A stretch of 63,993 nt of DNA, the filler included, from Basidiobolus ranarum (taxonomy: Eukaryota): the NCBI GenBank assembly GCA_040143965.1. It is 4 parts of 4 records of this genome, joined end to end, with 100 filler letters (N's around TTAATTAATTAA, not from the genome) between each part and the next. Parts side by side here need not be neighbours in the genome. Positions count along the whole stretch, not along the records: positions 1 to 16,837 come from JASJQH010000328.1; positions 16,938 to 33,760 come from JASJQH010000329.1; 2 more parts are not named here. One strand, 5' to 3'. The number at the start of each line of letters is the position of its first letter. Positions within the stretch are counted from its first letter, which is position 1. The position numbers and the translations under genes are program-made. Shown piece by piece: positions 10,552 to 23,084 of the stretch. Under the pieces are notes generated by a model that worked only from the letters and a program-made list of their open reading frames with translations, was not told where the DNA came from and searched no databases.

Positions 10552-11762
10552 ATTTCACTGGTAAAGGTGAAGAAATAGTAAGAGGGTGGGGTAAGTTGGA
10601 AAGAGAAGGTTCAGTAAGGGAGTTAGTGTTCGATATCAAAAAAGGGACATAGACCTTAGCTAGAATAGGGGGGGAAGGTTAGAAAAGGAAATTATGACCA
10701 AAGAACAATGAATATAACTAAACAAAGAGGCCAAAAAGAAAAGTAGGGATGAATACAATTAACACACTACAGAAGGTAGGGAGGGGAATTTCTCTTTAAA
10801 AAGATAGGGAATTGTTGAACAATTCGTTCGGAGGATTCTTATGCATTTACAACCAGTTTTTTAATCTTCGATTTTATGTAGTTGAAAGTGAAGTTGCATG
10901 AAACAGATAGTGCTTGGATAATTGATTGATTGTGAAAACGCTCATTGTTTCATACTCGATAAGGCGAAAATATGACGAATGCGATGACTGAAGTTCTACG
11001 ACAATCTTGCCATTTTTATGAACATATAGAAATGTACTTGTTATGGTTCATTGTTGGTGGATTATTTCGGAGTAAAATTCGGTGGAATTCAGTTAGCTAG
11101 AGTATGAATACTATAACAAATCTTGCTTTATTTCCCTGATAGTTGTATCTTCCGCAGGGACCGGTCATTTTCTTGAGCCAAAATTTACAAGTTTGGGAAT
11201 AAAATAGTGAAGAAAACTTCATTTCCTTTAACCAAGTATAAGTAGATAAATGATGACCACTATGTTAATGACGATGAGGGGGACTATAAAAAAGTGCAAG
11301 TTAAACACCATTTAGTTTCCAGGAGTAAGATGGTGTTGAAATTGAAAGTAACTTACTTCTTAAAAGTGTACGAACAGCAGAGATCAAGTTGACCAACTTT
11401 GCTTTAATACTTTCATTTGGATCCCCACCAAAAGTAGGTTCTACTTTTCCCCAACCGACTAGAATATTGAAAAATGTGTTCGATGAAAAACTCCAAAAAT
11501 AAATTATTCCAAAGTAATAAACAACATACTGCGAGCTAAAAAACGTTCTTCGTTAAGAATAGCGAGACCATTCACCATAAACAGAGAAAAAAAGAGTAAT
11601 TCACCTAAAGCCATCATCAGTTTTACTTCGTATCCACGTTCTGAAGCAACAAAAGGAGAGGTTTACGTATTAAAAATCAGCTCAAAAAATTCATAAAGCA
11701 TTCCCTAAATTCTAATCATTTCTTAATAGTCATGATGCTAATAGATGGCCCCTCATCAAACC

Positions 11763-11835
11763 GGTCCTGTAGCTCAGTGGAAAGAGTGTCTCCCTCCGGA
11801 GGAGAAAGTCGTGGGTTCGACCCCCACCCGGATCG
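11763..11835 (+). tRNA. tRNA-Arg(CCG)
   Basis: GGTCCTG-TA-GCTC-AGTGGAAA-GAGT-G-TCTCC-CTCCGGA-GGAGA-AAGTC-GTGGG-TTCGACC-CCCAC-CCGGATC-G, followed by an oligo-T terminator. Confidence 0.93.
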
Positions 11836-12168
11836 ATTTAGCATTTTTGCATTAATCAATTTTTACAAACGCATTTTATGAAATAAATTGATTCTATTAG
11901 GATGCTTTCATCAGAGATAGAAGCTTTGACCGCTTTACTACTTTTTCAGTTATAAAAATCTAAAAGGTTACAGATTGACTTAGGTTATTTCAGTAAAATT
12001 CAGTGTTTCGATATTTTCATCGGACATTCTTATAAAAGTTGGTATTTTTTTTATCTGCAGAGTTTATTTGAATGCCTTTAAGTGTCTATCATATTGATTG
12101 ATTGAAGTGGAAAAATGCTAAATTGAAGTGATCATGATTTACAATACGTTCTTGGCTGGCACAATTGT

Positions 12169-13182
12169 CTACCAACCACGTTTAGCGTAGATTTGGTCGT
12201 CAGGGATGTCGGAAATGTTGATACCAACCATGGCTTCACCAAGATCTTCGCTAACTTTAGCAACGACAGCTGGGTCGTTGTAATGAGTAACAGCTTGGAC
12301 AATGGCTCTAGCACGCTTGGCTGGGTCACCAGATTTGAAGATACCTGAACCAACGAAAACACCATCACAGCCGAGTTGCATCATCAAAGCAGCATCAGCA
12401 GGAGTGGCAACACCACCGGCAGCGAAGTTGACAACTGGGAGACGGCCCAAACGAACGGTTTCCTTAAGAAGATCATAAGGAGCTTGGAGGTCTTTAGCGT
12501 ATGCGTAAAGCTCCTCATCAGACATACCAGCACCGCGACGGATATCAGCGGCAACGGTACGAGCGTGACGAACAGCCTCAACAACGTTACCAGTACCAGC
12601 TTCACCCTTGGTTCTAATCATGGCGGCACCCTCATTGATTCTGCGAAGAGCCTCTCCGAGATTTTTGCAACCGCAAACATAAGGAATCTTGTACTTGTGT
12701 TTGTCGATGTGGTTAGCTTCATCAGCAGGGGTCAATACTTCAGATTCATCGATGTAATCGACACCGATGCTTTCCAAAATCTGGGCTTCGACAAAGTGAC
12801 CAATACGAACTTTAGCCATAACGGGAATGGTGACAGCTTCCATAATCTCCTTGATCATTTTAGGGTCAGACATACGAGCAACACCACCATTCTTACGGAT
12901 ATCAGCGGGAACTCTTTCCAAAGCCATAACAGCACAAGCACCGGCTTCTTCGGCAATGCGAGCTTGTTCGGCGTCAATAACGTCCATGATAACACCGCCC
13001 TATTAACAACAAAACATCATTAGAACTAATTTTTATTATTCCCGTGGTCGTTCGCTTTCACATACCTTCAACATTTGAGCCAAACCAGCCTTTACAGCGA
13101 AGGCAGATTTACGCTCTTGGGCAGCATCGACGGCGTTTTGTGCGGTCAAATTTTGTGGAGTAGCGAAGTTTGAAGCAGACAT
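12169..13182 (-). CDS. SNZ1: Pyridoxal 5'-phosphate synthase subunit PDX1; one intron at 13000-13065
   Basis: [16 protein letters not shown]...[10 protein letters not shown]...[10 protein letters not shown]...[18 protein letters not shown] intron restores the frame. Confidence 0.97.
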
Positions 13183-14062
13183 GGTAGATGAGTGAAGGAT
13201 GTAAAATTCCAATTAGAGTTTAGTAGAAATTTATATTCGACTACAAATCCGTCGAAGAGTTGGAGAATACTTTTTATTGGACACGTCGTAGCAGCCCTTG
13301 TATCCAAAAAAGTGCCGAACGCTGTGGTGAGTCACAGAGTACCATTACCCACCTCTACTGGTATATTGCGATTAGTTCGAACCTCGATCTCCAACCATGA
13401 ATCTAATACCTACCCAAGATCCAGCCATTCTGGTGCTTGCGTAATATCACCTCTTTTACACCCTTGATTTCCATTCTTACCCGAGGTCATTACCATGCAG
13501 AACTGTGCAGAAATTGCCACTTCGGAAGTGATTCTGAACGCGGCCACCCGAAATGGATACCTGAAATGGGAACTGATTTCTCCCATTTTTCCCACCTCTG
13601 TTACTCCAGATCTGACCCAAGAATGGGATTGGAGTATGTGATGAAATGAGATTAGATGACAAGTTAGTTGACTTTAGGTTGAGTGTTGAGTGATTATATA
13701 CTAGATTAGATCATTAGTTATACCATCTTATCTCTCACCGCTAGAGTTGATTGGCTGATTTCCTGATGTTGGAAAATATATCATCGGAATTTCTTGAATA
13801 ATCCCTTTTTACTCAGTTTTAGTTCATGGGAATCGGCTCTAGAACCACTGCTGAAAAGTCCACATACCATTGAAATAATCTTAAACAGTTTAGATCCATA
13901 ATTTGAATAATTTAACCAACAAGATCTGAATTACATTTGTAATTTTCATTTCATCTCAATTGAATTTTAAATCACATTTATTAACTTAAATTTCGACATA
14001 GCCTATGCTCCAAGTTTGTAAACTTTTAGTCAAGCTCTTAATTAAGTTCCAAATTAAATATT

Positions 14063-15014
14063 TCGCTTTGAAGATAAATTCCCAGATATAAAACTTAATC
14101 TTACTGTTAATCTTAGCAAATATCATGACGAGTTGATAGACAAACAGTTAGCCATGGGAGGTGACGCTTTAGAGCCAGATGTTACCCATCTACAAACCAT
14201 ACAGAACTTTCCTCGCTGGAAATCTCAAGGGGTCTTGATGCAGTAAGTCTATCACTGGCAACAGTATGATCAATGTGATGTTCCTAATCCCTTGACCAGA
14301 TACAAGCCAGTTGGGTTCCTGTACCTATATTATCCGTATAAGGATCCAAAGGGGTATTACTAGGCAATTAGCATCTATGACTTCATCAACATGGTAAGCG
14401 CTACTATTCCTAAGGCGCAAAGGCCGACCGAGGCTATGGACTATTTAAAGCCTGAGTTTAAAGATGGTAAGGTCATCTACGCTCATCCTCATGATGATGA
14501 TGCAGTGCTTTATCAATTCATGAGACTGATTCAACAGAACGGTGAAGATTGGTTCAAGGCTTTTCTTGCACAAAACCCATTAATTGTTCGTGGCACAACC
14601 ACCCGAGGCTACTACATCAACAACGGTACTGCATTGGTCTTACTGTTGTGGGATCATTGAAGCCAAACCCCGGAGATAAAGCAGAAATTATGGTAGAAAT
14701 CTTTCTTTCTGTCATGGCCACAGATAGGGGCTATTTTCAAGAAAGCCAAACATCCAGCAGCCGCTAAACTTTATGTTAGTTGGATAACATCTTGCAATAC
14801 TCAAATGGATCTTATGTCCTCTTCTTGGTCTCAGCGAATTGATATTTCTCCACTAAAAGGTATGAGGTACATTTGGAGGACCAAAAATACGGATCCCCTT
14901 GGCTTCCGAGACTACACGATGAACCGTACCAAAGTGGAAGAGGACAAAGTCTATATTGAGAAATTCGTTGGTCCTGTTGTAGGTGCTTCTCCATTAAATC
15001 TAAGCTTTAATTAG
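14063..15014 (+). pseudogene. 5'-truncated pseudogene duplicate of the neighbouring solute-binding protein gene
   Basis: High similarity to 16040-16837 with an intron at the same position (14243-14299). In-frame TAG at 14361 where the paralog has TGG; frameshifts near 14640-14700. Confidence 0.88.
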
Positions 15015-15810
15015 GGTAACTCAATCGGGTTCAACAAATCAAGGATTGTAATTCCTCAAGTGATTGTAATCCTACCATGAAATGCATTAGATTAAAATTG
15101 AGATAACTTTAAATGCAGGCTTTCTCTAGAGAATCCGCACAAGGGGACAACAATCTTGGTATTGCTATTGAGGTGGAAGTAAGAAGCTATGTTCTAAGAA
15201 ATCTAATAGTTACATTATCTGTGAGCAGATGTTAAAAAATAATCATGAAGTTGATACTATATGCTGTTACAGCTGCGGTTAGACGATTAGATAATTACGT
15301 TGTGGTGGAATACTGTGCGTATTAAAGTTGCATATTGGTCTTTCCTACTTGAATGGTTGCCTTAGAGTCTTGCTGGCAGAACATATATTTGATGCATAAG
15401 CATTCCAAGCAATAACGATAAACCTTCAATACAGTTAAACACTCACAGTATATTTAATAAGGCCTCAGCATTCAGAGTATTCTCGGATATGGTAATGGCT
15501 CCAGGTCTTCATAGGGTAGCCAAACGGATTAAAATTGATGTGTTAAATTCCTGACTTTCATTACGGTATGTTCATAATTAGTGAGTTCACTAACGGAGAC
15601 TCTTTTTCGACATTCTACATTCATTCGTAAGAATATATGAACCAATAGTAGGTTCAGAGTTTAACTATTTTACTCTATGCTGCATGAAGGTACTAAATCG
15701 GTAGTTAGCCGCACCGATAGACCTGAGTTTATCCTAATGCTTGTAAAACTATAAAAGTATGAACTTGTTCATCATCTTTCAGTATTCAGATTACATATCT
15801 CAATTTAACA

Positions 15811-16837
15811 ATGGTTCATTTCTCTTTCGCTCTATTCGCAACTGCCGCTGCTATTTTACCTTTTGCCTTGGTTAACGCACTTCCCTCAAGTTCTGCACGC
15901 TATTCTTCGTCGTATGTACCTTCGTATGTGAAGCGTGAAGAAGCTGCACTCCAGAAGCTATACAAGAGCGCTCTCAAGGAGGGAGGATTGGTGAATGTCT
16001 TTGCGGGAGGTGATTTGCCTAATGGTGGAGCAGGTCTAGCTAAGGCATTTGAGAGCAAATTCCCTGGCACCAAGCTCAATATTACAGTTGATCTTAGCAA
16101 ATATCATGACGAGTTGATTGACAAGCAGCTTGCTATGGGAGGAGATGCCTTGGAACCAGATGTTACTCATTTACAAACTGTACACGACTTTCCTCGCTGG
16201 AAGTCTGAAGGGGTACTGATGCGGTACGAGAACTTATGATGATATTACAAATAATTTTTTGATTCTAATTCTTTTATCAACTAGATACAAGCCTATTGGG
16301 TTCAAGCACACATATAATCCATACAAGGATCCAGAAGGCTACTACTGGGCCACTAATGTCTACTACTTCACCAATCTGGTTAGCACTACTGTTCCTAAGG
16401 CTCAGAGACCAATTGAGGCAGCCGACTATTTGAAGCCTGAGTTTAAAGATGGCAAGATCATCTACGCTTATCCCCATGACGATGATGCTGTGCTTTATCA
16501 ATTCATGAGACTGATTCAACAGAATGGCCAAGACTGGTTCAAGGCATATCTTGCACAAAAGCCATTGGCTGTCCGTGGCACAAACACTCCAGTGTACTAT
16601 ATCAACAATGGTACCTCGACTGTTAGTTTCACCACCTCGGCATCATTGAATCCAACCCCAGGAGAAAAGGCAGCCACTCTCGTTCCCAAGACTACGTTCT
16701 TCCAGTCATGGGCTCAGACAGGAGCCATCTTCAAGAAGGCGAAACACCCAGCAACGGCAAAGTTGTATGTGAGCTGGTTGACATCGTATGATGTTCAAAA
16801 AAATCTCATGTCTGATACATGGTCCCCAAGAACTGAT
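15811..16837 (+). CDS. Secreted periplasmic-binding-protein II (ABC Fe3+/thiamine solute-binding-like) protein; intron 16224-16284; 3' end cut by the contig end
   Basis: Signal peptide, then LYKSALKEGG..VFAGGD, DLSKYHD, LQTVHDF, YPHDDDAVLY and AIFKKAKHPATAKLYVSW. Confidence 0.85.
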
Positions 16838-16937
16838 NNNNNNNNNNNNNNNNNNNNNNNNNNNNNNNNNNNNNNNNNNNNTTAATTAATTAANNNNNNN
16901 NNNNNNNNNNNNNNNNNNNNNNNNNNNNNNNNNNNNN
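16838..16937. other. Artificial contig linker
   Basis: N44-TTAATTAATTAA-N44; the 12-mer gives stop codons in all six frames. Confidence 0.97.
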
Positions 16938-16985
16938 CTTGAGAAAGGAAGATGTGGTCGTCATCTTTACTCCCCCCCCCCCTCA
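16938..16985 (-). mobile_element. Possible PPT plus LTR start of another LTR retroelement at the contig edge
   Basis: Minus strand shows a long G-rich purine tract (GAGGG...GGAGTAAAGA) followed by TGACGACC. Confidence 0.3.
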
Positions 16986-17242
16986 ATTTCTACCAAATGA
17001 TTGAATCTAAATGTGGCAATAATAGCTACAAGTTTACCTGAAGCAGCTGAGATGCCTTGGGCTGTAAAATGGAGACACGTAGGGAAGTACCAAAGTTTTG
17101 AGTAAGCAGGGTGATAAACAATGCAATAGCTGTATCTCCAAGAAATTAAAAAATAGTACTTATTATGAAAACACCATTACAATACAACCAGCGGCAACCC
17201 TACAACTAACAACAATCCATGAGAATGAATAAAATATATGAT

Positions 17243-17337
17243 GTGAGTGATGGCATGAAAAGTGAGCAATGGCATGAAGAGTGAGTGATGGCATGAAAAG
17301 TGAGCAATGGCATGAAGAGTGAGTAATGGCATGAAAA
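17243..17337. repeat. Minisatellite, 5 x 19 bp with alternating (38-bp) higher-order structure
   Basis: GTGAGTGATGGCATGAAAA alternates with GTGAGCAATGGCATGAAGA. Confidence 0.95.
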
Positions 17338-17468
17338 TAAACTTGTATTCATTAGCATCTCCTTATTACAATATCAGAAAATGTTCCAAGAAATGAAAAG
17401 GATATTATTTATTTATTTTCATTTAACCGAATTCACTACAAAATCATGTACGATGCAAACTTGACGTC

Positions 17469-17966
17469 TTAACAATTGTAACAGTATTGAGCGTATTGGA
17501 ATACACTGCAACATGTACCACCGCAGTTATTTTGCACAGCCCATTGTCCACTCTGGCAAACTAGGAAATTGCTCCCAGAGCATCCATATCTACCATTAAC
17601 AAGACAATTTGCTCCTGGAGCTACTGTAGGGTCTGGCTGGTTGGATGTGGTTGTGGTAGAGGAGGTAGGCTCAGAAGTTGGCTTGGAGGTGGTCTTTGAT
17701 GTGGTGGACTTGGAAGTAGTTTTAGTAGTAGTTGGTTGGCTGTCGCAATTAGGGCAGAATGCTGCGTAAGCTGGGACACTACAGCAACTTCCAGAGCAAA
17801 TATTTTGCAAGAGCCACTTACTAGTAGAAGTTTGGCATGCGTAAAAGTTTTGACCTTCACAATAGTAGGAGGCACCGCTGTTTGAATTGCAAGGAGCTGA
17901 TGGAACAGCAGATACAACACCCAAGGTAGCTACGATGGTGCCAACGAGAATGTTAGAGGAATACAT
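17469..17966 (-). CDS. Small secreted Cys-rich protein with two CBM19-like chitin-binding modules and a Thr/Ser linker
   Basis: Signal peptide; two repeats of C..(G/A).Y.C.G.NF..CQ...W..QN.C.G.CCSV..YA..C.NC. Confidence 0.75.
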   Translation of the reverse strand: MYSSNILVGTIVATLGVVSAVPSAPCNSNSGASYYCEGQNFYACQTSTSKWLLQNICSGSCCSVPAYAAFCPNCDSQPTTTKTTSKSTTSKTTSKPTSEPTSSTTTTSNQPDPTVAPGANCLVNGRYGCSGSNFLVCQSGQWAVQNNCGGTCCSVFQYAQYCYNC

Positions 17967-18605
17967 TTCAGTTTAGTAGAGAGTGGAAGATGTATCGGTT
18001 AAAGTGTCGATATCGAATTGTCTGTTGTTTATCTGGTTTATATTGACAACAGAAAATCGAGTGTTCTGCTTGTTTATGGCTTTTTGCACCTACACTTACC
18101 TCTGGCTTTTCTCAATTTCTGGATTTAGTGCTACCAGGACAGCGCCTTTGTGATATAAAGCTGATGTTTATTTTTAGTATCAAGAATGTTAGATTAATCA
18201 GTAAAAATAGGAGACACATCTTCAGCCTAGAATATTTAGCCAAGTCAAATGAAACTTCTCCGACAATCAACCTGACTCTGAATTTAAAAAGTACTGAGGA
18301 AGGGGGAGTCACATTTGGCAACACGTGGGAAAGATGTCTCTTCACAAGCGTTCATACATAGGTTTATGTGAAATAAATCAAAGCACCAACATAAAGTATT
18401 GCTAGTTGTGTAATATCGGTGGCGTCGATTGAAATGTTATTTTTGATGAGCCTGTTCTAGTCACTGGTGGCTAGGATAAATCTACGACTGTAAAGCGAGA
18501 TAATATTCATAACCAAGAATCTCTACGGAAAGTTGAGAGATTACTGGGAGGCAACAAGAATGCATGGAATTTATTTATCTTGGCATAGGTTAACATCACT
18601 AATAC

Positions 18606-19910
18606 TCAAGTAGCATTACGTTGCCGGAATTTTAAGCCCCAGGCAACACCTAAAGGTGCAATAAATGTGCATACTATAATAGCCCAAACTGTGACAACAA
18701 ATGCACTATTTCCCATCATTCCATTTTTTACACTTTCACTAGCCATGACCAAGCCGATTTCTCCCCGAGCTATCATGGCTATATCTACGACTACTCCATC
18801 CGGTATTGTTGGCTTCACCCACATACCAGCCAAAAATTTGGTTATAGCCATCGCCAAGGTATAGATCGCTGCATTTCCAAAATTTTCTGGATTGAAAAGG
18901 GATGAAACGGGTACGATGAATCCAATAGATGAGAAGAAAATCGGTGTTGTCCAAGTCATGATTGGGTGAACATGACTATGAAAAAGGACATTTGGAAGTG
19001 AATATGGGGCAAATATGAATCCTGCTACAAAAGCTCCAAGAAGTTCTGAGCTGCCCAGTATTTCAGCAAGAACTGAAAATACAAGTCCAACTACTAGAAT
19101 CAAGAGTAGAATAGCGCGATGAAGGAACCCATTTGATAGTAAAAATACTTTGAGTCGATACGTATAGGAATGTTGTTTATCATCGGCCCAATTGGAAGTA
19201 TTTGTTGGACTACTGGGATAAGTATTAGGCAATGTATCCTTCTCTAAAGTTGAAAGTTCGGGAAAGTTTCTAGTGAAGGAACTTGCTGCGAGTTTTAATC
19301 CAAAGAAACACCCGAAAGCTAGTAGAATGAATCCCACTGAAACCACAAATGGACGAGCTATTAACCAAGGCTGTACTGTATCATGAGTACCCTTCATAAT
19401 AGGGCCAATCTCTTTCATCACCGCAAGAATTATTAAACTAAAGACATCGTCTAATAGTGCAGCAATCGTGATGAGTACGCCAAAAGGAGTCTTCGTTATA
19501 CCTTGCTGACTTAAAAGCATTATTATGATTCCAATAGAGGTACTTGCCAATGAAGCAGAAGATATGACCGCTTCGAGTAAGCTAAATTTAAAGAGAAAGT
19601 GGCACACCAAAGTACCTACTCCGAAAGGTAACAAGGTTCCAGTCAATGCGATAAGCAATGCTTGAGAAAAAGCACCTCTAACATGAGAAAGTTCAATACC
19701 CATGCCACCTTCGAATACTAACAGAAGCATTCCAAGTTTTCCTATCAAAGTAAAAACCTCTACGAGAAAAGTAGGCAGCATATTTTTCCAAGCTACCAAA
19801 ACGATTCCAACAAGTAAATGTCCAATTAAATCAGCATAGAGTAACGAAAAAAGTTTTCCCGAGAGATATAAGATGAATAGGTATAGTGAAATGGTGATTA
19901 GAGACAACAT
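18606..19910 (-). CDS. CPA2/Kef-type Na+(K+)/H+ antiporter, intronless
   Basis: Many TM helices; motifs LLLVFEGG, ASTSIG, IAALLDDV, LLGAFVAG, PIFFSSIG, ITKFLAG and MIARGEIG. Confidence 0.88.
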   Translation of the reverse strand: MLSLITISLYLFILYLSGKLFSLLYADLIGHLLVGIVLVAWKNMLPTFLVEVFTLIGKLGMLLLVFEGGMGIELSHVRGAFSQALLIALTGTLLPFGVGTLVCHFLFKFSLLEAVISSASLASTSIGIIIMLLSQQGITKTPFGVLITIAALLDDVFSLIILAVMKEIGPIMKGTHDTVQPWLIARPFVVSVGFILLAFGCFFGLKLAASSFTRNFPELSTLEKDTLPNTYPSSPTNTSNWADDKQHSYTYRLKVFLLSNGFLHRAILLLILVVGLVFSVLAEILGSSELLGAFVAGFIFAPYSLPNVLFHSHVHPIMTWTTPIFFSSIGFIVPVSSLFNPENFGNAAIYTLAMAITKFLAGMWVKPTIPDGVVVDIAMIARGEIGLVMASESVKNGMMGNSAFVVTVWAIIVCTFIAPLGVAWGLKFRQRNAT

Positions 19911-20132
19911 GATTCATGATTGTAAGACTTCAGAATATTGAGTGGTAAAGTAGGTTCTAAGGTACTGTTAGCTCAATTGGAGAATAAATTTGTCGTTGAA
20001 CTTTATTTTCTCACGTGTCGAGTTTAAGGTTCTTATTTGCTGAACCAATGTAAATGATTCCTAATTTAGGTATGGACAATAATAGTAGATGGATATAAGT
20101 TACAGCTTTATGAATTTTGTCTATATATTTGA

Positions 20133-22236
20133 CTAAGTTGAGAACCGGAAATCCAGACGATTATTCCCTCTATCTTTGGTTGTATCCAGGTAGTGTTGGC
20201 GCTCTTCATTAGTCATAGCATTCCAGATCTTGTCACGTTTGTTGTTGACATAAATGTAATAGGCTCGTAATGCAAGGAATAGGATGCAGGCAACTATTGT
20301 AGATTAGTAATGAAGTCGATCAAGGTGGCTATATCAAGGTGGCTATAAAAATACTTACTGGTTAACAGTCCAATATTGATCCAGTTACCCCGGTGAAAAC
20401 GAGGTTGGTCATCTGTGCGGTAGATTTGGGATCCTGGTACGCCAGCAATATTAGCAGCGGCGATGATGGCACCCATCGCCAATGACCGTTTACCCATTGG
20501 TGCCATATTCTCAGTAACCCAGGCCACTTGCAAAGCATGCCACGTGTAGGCAGCCAAAGTGATGATAACCACCACATAGAGTCCCCATTTGTTAGTGTTA
20601 TCGGGAAGTACTTGCAAGCAGATGTAACCGATGATGGCCAGAAGGATTTGCGCAACACAGTGGAGTGAGCGATGTCCATGTTTATCACTGTAATAATTAT
20701 GGAGGACTGATATTATTAGAGTTAAAATATATGCTGGAACTGTAAGGGCATTGCTTGTGTAAGTGTCAAAGCCTAAACTTTTGATGATCGAAGGGCTAAG
20801 GAATAAAGGTTAGTGTTGAGTGGGCATTGATTGAGTGGGTATTGATTGTAATTATAATCGACTAACGTGTAGGTTGTAATGGTATGAATTGATGTCCTAA
20901 GTTGATTGATTAGATTAGTGGATTTACATTAACAAACGCAAGTATTCCAACTTACATATCAAGAACGCAAATGATCCACTAGATTCGGAGATTTGGGAGT
21001 AATTGAAAGATTAGAATTAAGACCAGGGATTGAGCTTGCGTAGGATCACTTACATGGGTCCACAGCTTAAAATCAGTTATGGTTTCTCGGACATCCAACC
21101 AAGTTATTGGTTGGGACTGCTCTGCTTTGGCCGGATCATCTCTAATCAATCGAGTGACAAGGATTTGAGCTTCACGTTCGGTAAACCAAGGTTTATGTCC
21201 TCTTAACAGTCCCTTGGTTTTTAAAGGAGTTATGGGCAAATAAAGGGCAGTAAGTACGGCGACTAGGTTCGTAAGTACACCATCAATAAGAAAAAGCCAT
21301 TTCCATCCCCTGTAATTATTTAGTTCACATCTTTACAAAAATATGGTATGGTAAATGATTATTTACTCTAATCCGGCGATACCAGCCATTTGAAGAATTC
21401 CAAAAGACATGATACTTGATATCGCACTGGCGAGAGATTGAAAACCCCAAAACCAGGCCAAACGAGTACCTAGTTCGTGGGTTTTATAGAAGGAGGACTA
21501 AGCCCAAGTGAAAATGAGTGGGAATTCGATCGGAAGAATAGGCAACTTTGAACAAACCATGTAGAAGAGACAAGCAGGGATAAAGCCAGCCTCAGTAGCA
21601 GCTAAGAAAACTCGAACCGACAGATATCCACTTAAACTAAGTAAATGTTAGTAGTGTTCCAATCAGATTTTATGAAGAAATATACTTGTGAATAAGAGCA
21701 TGACACCAGGTAACAATTCCCCAGGTAAACTAGGTTTCGAAGTAAGCATCTTTGAGAAAGAGCTGGAAGGGTCAATAATTTGCGAGAATATATACCATTA
21801 GGAACGAGATCCAGTAAGGAGTTTCCCATTTTTTTGCGGCAATATTGGAAGGAAAAGCGAAGATGGTGAATACAATACTGAATAGCAGGGTGCCGGTGTT
21901 AATTTCATTGATGGTTATTCCAAGATCGTGTGGCATGTTGTCGGTTAGTGCATTAGCTAAATTCCAATGCAAACATAATTAATATCGAAAGAATTGATGG
22001 CAAATCTGGTAAGACTTACACAAGTTGGTACGATCAATGTTTAAGATAAAAGTAGTAAGCAGGATCCAAGGAAAAAGTCTAGTGTCCAGGATTCTCACGA
22101 GTCTCTTTTCCTCGCTCTCTGTCCACTTGAGATTAGGCTCGTACCCTTCCACCTCGACACTAGGACCTTTGACATGGCCGATCTTCTCTTCTCCAAACTG
22201 TGAATGATCAAACTCAAGAACCACTTTCTCTGACAT
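20133..22236 (-). CDS. MFS transporter, Dal5/allantoate permease (anion:cation symporter) family; multi-exon with 23-nt and 30-nt micro-exons
   Basis: LNIDRTNLSNALTD, LAATEAGFIP, GWKWLFLIDG and QIYRTDDQPRF; GT-AG introns traced in frame. Confidence 0.9.
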
Positions 22237-23084
22237 AATATATTACCTAATGATGATTGTCAAGTAGATGCTCTTTTATAAGTTTTAAGCTTCATTAACG
22301 TCATTTTTCGAAGTTATTGTGAGTTTTTTGGCAATATCAGGTCATCAAACACATCTTGCCTGGCTGTTTCTAGTCAACAAAATGACGCTTTCATGGTAGC
22401 TCTTAGAATCCCAAAGTGGCCTTGGACTGATGATGCCATTTCCACCAGTATTTCCACCATTGATGATTAATATCTGTCCGTATCTCGGGCACTACGTAGG
22501 ACAGAACTTATTTCAGTCACATTCTCCAGTTTACCAGTATTGGTCGTCCTCTTAATGCACTGCCAATTAGGATTCGTCTTCACAAGCAATACTGGCAACA
22601 TATTGTCTCATCCATGCTCATACTAGGTCTATATACTTACTACATCCTCTTCCCCTCTGACTCGTCGTAAACACGTAGATCGGACTTGACTGTCACATGG
22701 AACTTTTATTGCTTTTATATCTAGATGTCGCTTAGTCAAGCAATCCTGTGTGGTTATCGTAACACTAAACATTTGATCCAGAGTAAGTCTTTGAACACTT
22801 TTTCTTTTGGCAAGTGTCTACAAAAAGAATTGCCATTGTTTAATTTGTTTGTTCACTTATCTAACTATGTAGCCTTGTTACTGTTTATTTTTGGATCTAT
22901 ATATGATTTCATTTGGTGTGAGAGGGGCTCTACCTAATTTCTGAATAAAATTCTTCCTTTTTCCATTTGAACTAGCTGAAATTGATCACATAGGAGAGAT
23001 GGAGTGTTCAGTGGATTTTCTAATTCACTCACACTGTAATTCACTTAGTTATATTGTGACTCTGTTTAAAGAACAATAGAATGC

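Noticed and set aside
12376-13023. 215-aa plus-strand ORF
   Set aside because: Antisense shadow of the strongly codon-biased SNZ1 gene.
13190-15800. TPP riboswitch near the SNZ1 and solute-binding genes
   Set aside because: No conserved CTGAGA...GATCTGGATAATACCAGCG-type core on either strand.
16882-16893. Palindromic TTAATTAATTAA recurring about every 16.9 kb
   Set aside because: Synthetic linker embedded in Ns; not a biological motif.
17243-17337. CRISPR-like repeat array
   Set aside because: Contiguous 19-bp units with no unique spacers, in a eukaryotic context with no cas genes.
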